Below are positions 30,813 to 38,201 of a DNA stretch of 38,201 nt, piece by piece (positions within the stretch are counted from its first letter, which is position 1; every line of letters begins with the position of its first letter). Source of the DNA: an uncultured Rhodocyclaceae bacterium (GTDB lineage Bacteria > Pseudomonadota > Gammaproteobacteria > Burkholderiales > Rhodocyclaceae); assembly GCA_964500425.1 (NCBI GenBank), contig CAZCPD010000003.1, positions 1 through 38,201 of the forward strand. Reading direction: 5' to 3'. Under the pieces are notes generated by a model. The model was not told where the DNA came from, searched no databases, and worked only from the letters and a program-made list of their open reading frames with translations. Made by a program: the position numbers and the translations under genes.

Positions 30813-31595
30813 ATGAGACTGGCGGCGGCGCCCACCTTTCGTGATCTCGGCGGCGCCGTCGCGGGCGACGGCCGCCGTGTGCGCTCGGGCCGGCTGTATC
30901 GCGCCGGTCATCTGCTCGATCCTTCCGCGGAAGAACTGGCGTTCGTCCGCAATCTGAGCCTGCGCCAGGTCTTCGATCTGCGCAGCGCCGCCGAGCGTGC
31001 GCGCCAGCCAAGCAACTGGCTTGCTGCTCACGCTGCCGGCAGCGGTCCGCGCGACGTGCATTCCGATGTCAATACCGACGTGCGCGCCGGGCACGAAGCC
31101 CTGTTGCATCTGCTTGAAGCCGATTGTGGCGTGCGTGGCGCACGACAGATGATGTTGCACACCTATCGGAGCTTCCCCGGCGGCTTCCGCGAGCAGTTGC
31201 GTCCGCTGTTCGATGCCTTGCTTGAAGCCGAGAATCAGCCAGTGCTGGTGCATTGCACGGCTGGCAAGGATCGCACCGGCTTTGCCTGCGCCATGGTGCT
31301 GCATGCACTGGGGGTTGGCGAAGACGAGATCTTCACGGAGTACCTGCGCACGGGCGATGTCCTGGTGCACTCACCGCTCGCCGGCATGCTTGGCGAACTG
31401 CTCGGCGGTTTCATCGGCCGCCCCATGGAGCCGGCGGCCATCGCCGTGATCATGGGCGTCGATGAAGAGTTCCTGGCCACCGCACTGGATGCGGTGCGCG
31501 CCGAGTACGGCAGCATTGATGCCTATCTGGAGCAGGTCGCCGGCATGGATGCTCGCCGCTGCGAGCGTTTGCGCGAGCTGTTGCTACTGCCCTAG
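30813..31595 (+). CDS. PtpB/IphP-type tyrosine/lipid phosphatase
   Basis: FRDLGG, G.LYR, DLRS..E, P-loop HCTAGKDRTG, YGSIDAYL. Confidence 0.9.
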   Translation: MRLAAAPTFRDLGGAVAGDGRRVRSGRLYRAGHLLDPSAEELAFVRNLSLRQVFDLRSAAERARQPSNWLAAHAAGSGPRDVHSDVNTDVRAGHEALLHLLEADCGVRGARQMMLHTYRSFPGGFREQLRPLFDALLEAENQPVLVHCTAGKDRTGFACAMVLHALGVGEDEIFTEYLRTGDVLVHSPLAGMLGELLGGFIGRPMEPAAIAVIMGVDEEFLATALDAVRAEYGSIDAYLEQVAGMDARRCERLRELLLLP

Positions 31596-32401
31596 GCCAG
31601 TTCGCCCGAGAGGGACAGGTCGGGCTCTTCCTCGGCGATGTCTTTTGTGGCGATTTGCGTGTGCGTCAGCGCCGCATGAATCGCCGTCTGCGCCTGTTCG
31701 GCGAGTTCGCGGCGCGGCAAATCGTGCGCCGGAATTGCCTCCAGTACAGCCAGATGGGCCGTAACGTCGTGCGCGGCGGCAATCGCGCAGAGCGACTGCC
31801 ACATCGTTGTTTCGCCGGCATAGGCGATTTCGGTGGCGATTGCGCCGTGCCGGTCCGCATAGCGCAGGGCGAGCGGCTGTAGCACATGACCCGCATCGAT
31901 CGCCGGTTGCAGCAGCGCGGCGCGGAAGGCCATCACGCCAGCGCCGTCGCTGGTGGTGCCTTCCGGAAAGACGGCGATCCGGTCGCCCGCGCCAAGCCGC
32001 GCGGCGATGGTTTCGTTGACACGCCGCGCCGCGCTGCGGCTGCCGCGGTCGATGAAAACCGTGTCGGCGCGTGCGCAGAGCAGGCCGAATACCGGCCAGC
32101 CTCGCACCTCGTCCTTGCAGACGAAGGTGGTGCGGGCGTGGGCGTTGATGACGAAGACATCAAGCCAGGAGATGTGGTTGGCGACCAGCAGGCCCGCCGC
32201 GCTCTCGCCGCCGCGCACGGCGAGGCGCACGCCAAGTATGGCCAGCAACAAGCGCGCCCAGCCTTGCTGGACGGCGCGCCGCCGTTCGATGGATAGCCAG
32301 GGAAAGACGACGAGGACGATGCCGACACCGAGCGCCACATGAGCGCCGAGACTGCTCAGGCGCAGCGTCTGGCGCGTCCGGCGCCGAAGCCGTTGGATCA
32401 A
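31592..32401 (-). CDS. olsA: Lyso-ornithine-lipid/lysophospholipid acyltransferase
   Basis: NHISWLD, FIDR, FPEGTT; directly downstream of and overlapping olsB. Confidence 0.8.
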   Translation of the reverse strand: MIQRLRRRTRQTLRLSSLGAHVALGVGIVLVVFPWLSIERRRAVQQGWARLLLAILGVRLAVRGGESAAGLLVANHISWLDVFVINAHARTTFVCKDEVRGWPVFGLLCARADTVFIDRGSRSAARRVNETIAARLGAGDRIAVFPEGTTSDGAGVMAFRAALLQPAIDAGHVLQPLALRYADRHGAIATEIAYAGETTMWQSLCAIAAAHDVTAHLAVLEAIPAHDLPRRELAEQAQTAIHAALTHTQIATKDIAEEEPDLSLSGELA

Positions 32402-33159
32402 CGCCGCCCCTCCTGGCGTTCGACGAAGTGGCGAGCGTAGCGCGGACTGATCCGGCGCATCGGCAGCAGCATCATCAGGTCGGCGGTATTGAAGTCCGGA
32501 TCCCAGGCGGGATTGCCGCAGACGTAAGCGCCGGCGCGCAGGTAGCCCTTGATCAGTGCCGGTACTTCGACGTCGTGGCGAGCTTCGATGCGATCGAGCG
32601 GCAAAGGGCAGGTCGGGAAGGCGCGGTATTCGAGCGGCGCCATGTGCGCGGCGAGACTCTGGAAGATCCCGGCGGCGCTGCGTCCGCCATCGGCCATGCC
32701 GATGCTGGCGCAGCCGATCAGATATTCGTGACGGTGCTGAAGCATGTAGCGGATGATACCCGACCAGAGCAGGGCGATGGTGCCGCCGGTGCGATAGTCG
32801 GCGTCGATGCAGGCGCGGCCGACTTCGACGGTGCGGTCGCGCAGATGGCGCAGTCGGTCGATGTTGAACTCGGTCTCCGAATAATAGCTGCCGGCGCGGC
32901 GCGCCGCTTCCGGAGCGAGCAGTCGGTAAGCGCCGATCAGGCGGCCGCTTTCCTCGTCGCGAACCACCAGTTGTTCGCAGAATGCGTCGTAATAGTCGCG
33001 ATCGACCCCGGCTTCACGCGGCGTCAGGCGAGCGCCCAGTTCCTCGGCGAAGACGCGGTAGCGCAGGCGCTGCGCTTCGCGAACTTCCGCTGCGTCGCGG
33101 GCGAGACCGACGTAAAGTTTTGTCGCGGGTTGGTGGGCGGTATGCACCAGTTCCAGCAT
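32398..33159 (-). CDS. olsB: Ornithine N-acyltransferase (GNAT)
   Basis: AQRLRYRVFAEE, D.D.YD..C, YSETEF, EVGRAC, GCAS, PALIKGYLRAGA, DPDFNTAD. Confidence 0.88.
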   Translation of the reverse strand: MLELVHTAHQPATKLYVGLARDAAEVREAQRLRYRVFAEELGARLTPREAGVDRDYYDAFCEQLVVRDEESGRLIGAYRLLAPEAARRAGSYYSETEFNIDRLRHLRDRTVEVGRACIDADYRTGGTIALLWSGIIRYMLQHRHEYLIGCASIGMADGGRSAAGIFQSLAAHMAPLEYRAFPTCPLPLDRIEARHDVEVPALIKGYLRAGAYVCGNPAWDPDFNTADLMMLLPMRRISPRYARHFVERQEGRR

Positions 33160-33228
33160 GGGCTTGCTCCTTTTCCGTTATTCGTATGTACGTCACGGTG
33201 GAGCTTAGGCAGCGGATGTTGCCCGGGT

Positions 33229-33257
33229 ATGAGAGAAGGGTTGCGGATTTGTTAAGC
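33229..33257 (-). promoter_or_regulatory. Pho-box-like array upstream of olsB
   Basis: GCTTAAC-AAAT-CCGCAAC-CCTT-CTCTCAT, 11-bp period. Confidence 0.5.
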
Positions 33258-33284
33258 GCGCCAAAGCATCGGACATGCGGCGGC

Positions 33285-33318
33285 GTGTCACACTGCGGAA
33301 ACATTGCAACGCCATTCT
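33285..33318 (+). promoter_or_regulatory. Pho-box-like site plus -10 upstream of GT4-dgkA
   Basis: GTGTCAC-ACTG-CGGAAAC followed 10 bp later by CATTCT. Confidence 0.5.
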
Positions 33319-33325
33319 GTGGGCC

Positions 33326-34489
33326 ATGCAAGTCCTGATGATTTCCGACGTCTATTTCCCGCGCATCAACGGTGTTTCGACTTCCATCGAGACCTTTCGC
33401 GAATCCCTGCTTGCCGATGGCATCGAAGTGACGTTGGTGGCGCCCGACTATCCTGGCGCTGCTGGGCACGAGTCGATACTGCGCATCGCTTCGCGACGAG
33501 TGCCGTTCGACCCCGAGGATCGACTGATGAAGCGCGCCGAGCTGCTGCGTTTGCCCGAGCGCCTGCAGGGGCGACATTTCGATCTGGTGCATGTGCAGAC
33601 GCCATTTGTCGCGCATTACGCGGGCCTGCGTTTTGCCGGACAGCGCGGCATCCCCTGCCTGACGACCTACCACACACATTTCGAAGAGTACTTCCATCAT
33701 TACCTGCCCTTTCTGCCGGCGTCGCTGACGCGGTTCGTCGCCCGGCATCTGGCGCGTTCCCAGTGCAATGCGCTGGACGCGGTGGTGGTGCCGTCGCAGG
33801 CCATGCATAGCGCATTAACGGATTACGGCGTGACGCGGCCAATCCACGTGTTGCCAACCGGAATTCCGCTGGAAAAGTTTGCCACCGGCGATCGCAACAG
33901 CTTTCGTAGCCGCCACGGCATCGACGCGGATGCGCCGCTTGCCTTGTATGTCGGGCGCGTCGCCCACGAGAAGAATCTCGGTTTTCTGTTGCAGGCAGTG
34001 AAGCAGGCATCGGCAATCCTGCCGGAATTGCGCCTGGTGATTGCCGGCGAGGGGCCGGCGCTCGCCGGCCTGAGGCAGCAAGCGGTCGAAGCCGGACTGG
34101 GAGAGCGCGTCTGCTTTGTCGGCTATCTTGATCGCGAGCGCGAATTGCTGGACTGCTATGCCGCCGCCGACCTGTTCGTGTTTGCCTCGAAGACCGAAAC
34201 GCAGGGGCTGGTGCTGCTCGAAGCGATGGCGATGGGCGTACCGGCGCTGGGGATTCCGGCGATGGGGGCCGCGGATATTCTCGGCCCGCAACGCGGCGGC
34301 ATCTGTGCTCCCGACGATGTTGCCGGCTTCGGCGCGCGGATGGCCGAGTTGCTGGCGGATCGCGAGGGTCTCGCCATTCATGGCGCCGCGGCACGCGAAT
34401 TCGCCGCCGAATGGGCAGCGCCGCAGCGGGCGCAGCAGCTGGCCGGGCTCTATAATCATCTGACTAACCGCACGGCCAGGCAGGCATGA
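33326..34489 (+). CDS. GT4 glycosyltransferase (diacylglycerol glycosyltransferase-like)
   Basis: SDVYFPRINGVSTS, TYHT, YVGRVAHEKN, ETQGLVLLEAMA. Confidence 0.9.
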   Translation: MQVLMISDVYFPRINGVSTSIETFRESLLADGIEVTLVAPDYPGAAGHESILRIASRRVPFDPEDRLMKRAELLRLPERLQGRHFDLVHVQTPFVAHYAGLRFAGQRGIPCLTTYHTHFEEYFHHYLPFLPASLTRFVARHLARSQCNALDAVVVPSQAMHSALTDYGVTRPIHVLPTGIPLEKFATGDRNSFRSRHGIDADAPLALYVGRVAHEKNLGFLLQAVKQASAILPELRLVIAGEGPALAGLRQQAVEAGLGERVCFVGYLDRERELLDCYAAADLFVFASKTETQGLVLLEAMAMGVPALGIPAMGAADILGPQRGGICAPDDVAGFGARMAELLADREGLAIHGAAAREFAAEWAAPQRAQQLAGLYNHLTNRTARQA

Positions 34490-34887
34490 GTTCTCGCGAT
34501 TCGACCCATCATTCCCCGGCGGAAAGCCCCTACAAGGGCAAGACCGGCATCGTTCGCATCTGGAATGCCTTCCGTTACTCGCTCGACGGCTTGCGCGCCG
34601 CTTTTCGGCATGAGGATGCATTTCGTCAGGAGGTGATACTCGCGGCGTTGCTGATCCCGCTGGCCCTGTTCCTGCCGGCGAGCGGGCTTGGCAAGGCGCT
34701 GATGATCGCCAGCGTGATCCTGGTGATGATCGTCGAATTGCTCAACTCGGCCATTGAAGCGGCCATCGACCGCATCTCGCTTGACCGCCATATGCTCTCC
34801 AAGCGCGCCAAGGATATCGGCAGTGCGGCGGTGATGCTGTCGCTGTGCAATGTCCTCATCGTCTGGGGGCTGGTTCTTTTCGGCTGA
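34486..34887 (+). CDS. dgkA: Diacylglycerol kinase
   Basis: YSLDGL, E.AFRQE, VELLNSAIEAAID, AKDIGSAAV; ATGA overlap with GT4. Confidence 0.93.
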   Translation: MSSRDSTHHSPAESPYKGKTGIVRIWNAFRYSLDGLRAAFRHEDAFRQEVILAALLIPLALFLPASGLGKALMIASVILVMIVELLNSAIEAAIDRISLDRHMLSKRAKDIGSAAVMLSLCNVLIVWGLVLFG

Positions 34888-34894
34888 GTCGCCA

Positions 34895-34923
34895 CTGACA
34901 TCTAAGCGAAACTTCTTTGTCAT
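34895..34923 (+). promoter_or_regulatory. Pho-box-like array upstream of second GT4
   Basis: CTGACAT-CTAA-GCGAAAC-TTCT-TTGTCAT, 11-bp period. Confidence 0.6.
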
Positions 34924-34956
34924 CGTGGTTTAGTCTTCGTGCGTCACGATGTCGGC

Positions 34957-36153
34957 ATGAATGACGATCCTGTTGCGCATTCCCTGAACGTCGCGCGGCC
35001 GCCGTTGCGTGTCGCGCTGGTGACGGAAACCTTTCCACCCGAAATCAACGGCGTCGCCATGACGCTGGGTCGTCTGGTCGACGGCTTGTTGCGGCGCGGT
35101 CATGCGGTTCAACTGGTGCGGCCACGCCAGGCCGCCGACGGCGTCCTCGCGGGTACGCCGCCCCGGCAGGGGCTCAGCGAAGTGCTGGTCGCCGGCGTGC
35201 CGATCCCGAATTACGCCGGCTTGCGCTTCGGTCTGCCAGCGGGGCTGCGGCTGCTGCGCCTCTGGCAGCGCCAGCGGCCTGACATCGTGCATGTGGCGAC
35301 CGAAGGGCCGCTCGGTTGGTCGGCGTTGAACGCGGCGCGGCGTCTCGGTTTGCCCGTGAGCTCAGGCTTTCACACCAACTTCCACAACTACACCCGCCAC
35401 TATGGCCTCGGCTGGCTGCAGCGGCCGATCTCCGGCTATCTGCGCGCCTTCCATAACCGCTGCGACGTTACGCTGGTGCCGACGCAGCGACTCGCCGAAG
35501 AGCTCTGTCGCGACGGCTATCGCAATCTGGCGGTGGTTTCGCGCGGCGTCGATACGGCGCTGTTTCGGCCACAACGCCGTTCTGCCGCGCTACGCGCCGT
35601 CTGCGGCGCCTCCGAGCAGCAACTGCTGGTGCTCTATGTCGGGCGCCTCGCCGCCGAGAAAAATCTGCCGCTGGTGCTTGCCGCCTGGGATGCCATCCGT
35701 ATTCGACGGCGCGATGCGCGGTTGCTGTTTGTCGGCGACGGACCGATGCGTGCGAGTCTGGCGGCCAAGTGCCCGGATGCGATCTTCGCCGGCATGCGCA
35801 GTGGCGCCGATCTCGCCGCACACTATGCGTCGGCTGATCTGTTCCTGTTTCCAAGCATGACCGAGACTTTCGGCAACGTCACGACGGAAGCGCTGGCCAG
35901 CGGGTTGGGCGTCGTTGCCTACGATTATGCCGCGGCGGGCGAGCTGATCGAAAATGGCGACAATGGCTGCAAAGCGCCACTCGGCGACACACGCGGCTTC
36001 GTCGCCGCGGCCGGTCGGCTGGCCGCGCCGGACGGTAGCGAACTGGCTCGCCTGCGTGCGCGCAGCGCGGCGAGCGTCGCGCATCTCGACTGGGAGCTAA
36101 TCCACGACCGCTTCGCCGGTGTGCTGGCCGGGGCCGTTGCGGCGCGGGGATGA
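34957..36153 (+). CDS. GT4 glycosyltransferase (Agt/MgtA-like glycolipid synthase)
   Basis: VTETFPPEINGVA.TL, HVATEGPLG, FHTNF, RGVD..LF.P, VGRLAAEKN, ETFGNV..EALASG. Confidence 0.9.
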   Translation: MNDDPVAHSLNVARPPLRVALVTETFPPEINGVAMTLGRLVDGLLRRGHAVQLVRPRQAADGVLAGTPPRQGLSEVLVAGVPIPNYAGLRFGLPAGLRLLRLWQRQRPDIVHVATEGPLGWSALNAARRLGLPVSSGFHTNFHNYTRHYGLGWLQRPISGYLRAFHNRCDVTLVPTQRLAEELCRDGYRNLAVVSRGVDTALFRPQRRSAALRAVCGASEQQLLVLYVGRLAAEKNLPLVLAAWDAIRIRRRDARLLFVGDGPMRASLAAKCPDAIFAGMRSGADLAAHYASADLFLFPSMTETFGNVTTEALASGLGVVAYDYAAAGELIENGDNGCKAPLGDTRGFVAAAGRLAAPDGSELARLRARSAASVAHLDWELIHDRFAGVLAGAVAARG

Positions 36154-36169
36154 CGAACGCTGGTTTCTT

Positions 36170-36219
36170 GTGAGATGGGTTTCCTGGCCGCGAATTCGCG
36201 GCCAGGAAACCCATTTCAC
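36170..36219. repeat. Spacer-less palindrome between convergent genes
   Basis: 36175-36214 is a perfect 40-bp palindrome centred on GAATTC; extends to 50 bp with one mismatch. Confidence 0.95.
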
Positions 36220-36225
36220 GGACGC

Positions 36226-36972
36226 TCACGCGTGCGAGGCGCCAGCCCGCCACTCCACGAGTTCGAGCCGCCCGTCGAGATGCTCGACGATCGCCGTGCA
36301 GCTGTCGACCCAGTCGCCGCAATTGACGTAGTAGAGCCCATCGATCTCGCGCAGCGCGGCGCTGTGGATGTGGCCGCAGATCACACCGTCGAGCTGGCGT
36401 TCTCGCACAGCGCGGATTACCGAGTCCTCGAAGTCGTAGATGAAGTTGATGGCGCTCTTGACGCGGCGCTTCATGTAGCCGGCGAGCGACCAGTAACCGG
36501 CGATGCGCAGTCGACGACGGCACCAGGCCAGCCAGGCGTTGACGCGTACCAGGAAGTTATAGGCGACGTCGCCGAGCACGGCGACCCAGCGGTGGTGGCG
36601 TGTCACCTGGTCGAAGGCATCGCCGTGGATCAGCAGGTAGCGGCGGCCATCGGCGCATACATGGACGAATTCCTGGCAGACCTGGATGTCGCCGAAGGAG
36701 GTGCCGATGTATTCGCAGAGCGCTTCGTCGTGGTTGCCGGGGATCAGGATCACCTGTTCGCCGTGGCGCGCGCGACGCAGCACCTTCTGGATGACGGTGT
36801 TCTGCTCGGGGCTCCAGTAGATGCCGCGGCTCATCGCCCAGAAGTCGATGATGTCGCCGACGAGAAACAGATGGTCGGCGTCGTGGTGCTTCAGGAAATC
36901 GAGCAATTGCGCGGCCTGGCAGCCGCGCGTGCCGAGGTGGATGTCGGAAAGGAAGATGGAGCGTACTTTCAA
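36226..36972 (-). CDS. plcP: PlcP/LpxH2-like metallophosphoesterase (probable phospholipase C)
   Basis: SDIHLG, GDIIDFW, GNHD, HGD.FD, GHIH, NCGDWVDSCTA; TTG start; lipid-remodelling neighbourhood. Confidence 0.8.
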   Translation of the reverse strand: MKVRSIFLSDIHLGTRGCQAAQLLDFLKHHDADHLFLVGDIIDFWAMSRGIYWSPEQNTVIQKVLRRARHGEQVILIPGNHDEALCEYIGTSFGDIQVCQEFVHVCADGRRYLLIHGDAFDQVTRHHRWVAVLGDVAYNFLVRVNAWLAWCRRRLRIAGYWSLAGYMKRRVKSAINFIYDFEDSVIRAVRERQLDGVICGHIHSAALREIDGLYYVNCGDWVDSCTAIVEHLDGRLELVEWRAGASHA

Positions 36973-37028
36973 GGCGCATCATTATTGTTGGTCATGTGTC
37001 CAGCATATGTGCGCGCCTTTGCGGCAAC

Positions 37029-37057
37029 GTGACGGAAGTGTTGTGGAATTGTGAAGG
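37029..37057 (-). promoter_or_regulatory. Pho-box-like array upstream of plcP-like gene
   Basis: CCTTCAC-AATT-CCACAAC-ACTT-CCGTCAC, closely similar to the olsB array. Confidence 0.55.
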
Positions 37058-37072
37058 GTGAAATGTCGGTGA

Positions 37073-37107
37073 GTAAGGAGTGAGGAGTGCGGCGTGATGG
37101 GTGAGGC
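37073..37107. repeat. Degenerate heptamer tandem repeat
   Basis: GTAAGGA GTGAGGA GTGCGGC GTGATGG GTGAGGC. Confidence 0.55.
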
Positions 37108-37111
37108 AAAG

Positions 37112-37152
37112 AAAAAACGGCGCGCCGCACATCGTGCAACGCGCCGTCTTTT
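37112..37152 (-). terminator. Intrinsic terminator after the SDR gene
   Basis: ACGGCGCG/CGCGCCGT stem with inner GCAC/GTGC, A6 on the left and T4 on the right. Confidence 0.7.
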
Positions 37153-37166
37153 GCGGTGCGGCGGGC

Positions 37167-37949
37167 TTACTTGACCTTGTTGGCCTTTTCCATGACCCAC
37201 CACAGCGAGCCGGGGAACAGGCGACGCCACAGCATCATGAAGGCGGCGGGCTTCGGACGCACCACCCAGTCGCCGCGTTCGATGGCGGCTTCCACAGCGT
37301 CGATGATCTCTTGCGGCTGCGCCATGTTCTTGCCGGTCTTGGCTGAGTCCTTGAGGCTTTCCGGACCGTGCGCCGTGGCCTGGCTGACCAGTGGGGTGTT
37401 CACCATCGGCGGGCAGACCAGCAGGAAACGGATCGGGCTGCCCAGGTTTTCGCGAACCAGGACCTCGGCGAAGCTGTTGATCGCCGACTTGGTCGCGCAG
37501 TAGGCGCCGAGATTGTGCGTCAGCACGGAGCCAGCCATCGAGCCGTAGAGGATAATGTCGCCGCCGCCGCGCTTTTCCATCAGCGGCATCAGCGTCTTGG
37601 TCAGGTTGACCGTGCCGAAGTAGTTGATGGCCATCACCTTGTTGATGAGTTCGGCCGGCATGTCCTTGATCGACTGGCCGGGCATGATCGCGGCGCAGTG
37701 GGTGAGGCGGTCGATCGGGCCAAGATCCTTCTCGATCTGAGCGACGACCTGGCGAACTTCTTCAAGGTTGCTGACGTCGCACTTGTAGGCCTTGATGTTG
37801 GGCGACTGGGCGGCGGTGTCCTGCAAGCCCTTATCGTTGAGGTCCATGATCGCGACCTTGGCGCCCTGCTTGGCGAGACGCAGCGCGTCGAGCTGGCCCA
37901 TGCCGCTGGCGCCGCCGGTGACCAGCGCGACTTTTCCTTTGAATGCCAT
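37167..37949 (-). CDS. Short-chain dehydrogenase/reductase
   Basis: TGGASGMG, catalytic S and YCATK; RBS AAGGA. Confidence 0.92.
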   Translation of the reverse strand: MAFKGKVALVTGGASGMGQLDALRLAKQGAKVAIMDLNDKGLQDTAAQSPNIKAYKCDVSNLEEVRQVVAQIEKDLGPIDRLTHCAAIMPGQSIKDMPAELINKVMAINYFGTVNLTKTLMPLMEKRGGGDIILYGSMAGSVLTHNLGAYCATKSAINSFAEVLVRENLGSPIRFLLVCPPMVNTPLVSQATAHGPESLKDSAKTGKNMAQPQEIIDAVEAAIERGDWVVRPKPAAFMMLWRRLFPGSLWWVMEKANKVK

Positions 37950-37974
37950 GTGATTCCTTTCGCTGTTGAATGGA

Positions 37975-37998
37975 GGCGGAGGCCGCGCAGCCTCCGCC
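37975..37998. other. Intercistronic hairpin without U-tail
   Basis: GGCGGAGGC-N6-GCCTCCGCC. Confidence 0.55.
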
Positions 37999-38007
37999 CG
38001 GTCAGGC

Positions 38008-38201
38008 TTAGAAGGCGCCCCAGGGGTCTTCGCCCTTGAGGATCTTGCGGATGATCTCGCGGCCGTAGAGGTAGTTGTTGGGATCTTCTTCCGGTGCTCG
38101 CTCGCCGAAGTGGATGGCGCGCTTGTTGATGCGGATGTCGAACATCGCCATGCGCATCAGGCTGAAGCCGAGATACCAGTTGATGTTCTGAATCTTGGCG
38201 C
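38008..38201 (-). CDS. C-terminus of a probable APH-family phosphotransferase (Rv3168-like), truncated by window edge
   Basis: Manual translation [63 protein letters not shown]-stop; not in the ORF track; R..HFGE resembles the Rv3168-type tail. Confidence 0.6.
   Translation of the reverse strand, partial: AKIQNINWYLGFSLMRMAMFDIRINKRAIHFGERAPEEDPNNYLYGREIIRKILKGEDPWGAF

Noticed and set aside
36557-36982. ATG-started ORF overlapping the plcP start, suggesting a frameshift
   Set aside because: The TTG-started frame already contains the complete first motif (SDIHLG), so no frameshift is needed

Overview
GC-rich betaproteobacterial chromosomal window (gene order and protein style suggest Rhodocyclales/Sterolibacteriaceae; this is an inference). 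The left part is core genome: aroE-mtgA, proB-obgE-rpmA-rplU, ispB and tRNA-Pro(CGG). Next come a lower-GC porin + half-size binding protein + chemoreceptor triad, a MacAB-like ABC exporter, aroG, a GT-C glycosyltransferase + polyprenyl-phosphoribosyltransferase pair, and a cyclic-nucleotide signalling block (cNMP-binding protein, orphan Tat-lipoprotein SBP, two PAS-GGDEF-EAL proteins). Then pduO with an atypical P-type ATPase. The right part is a six-gene phosphorus-free lipid remodelling cluster (olsBA, two GT4, dgkA, plcP-like) with Pho-box-like arrays before every transcription unit and a 40-bp perfect palindrome. It is flanked by actinobacterial-type genes (Rv3169-like + PtpB-like phosphatase on one side, SDR + Rv3168-like phosphotransferase on the other). 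No integrase, transposase, CRISPR array or rRNA was seen. All family calls come from motif recognition, not database searches.
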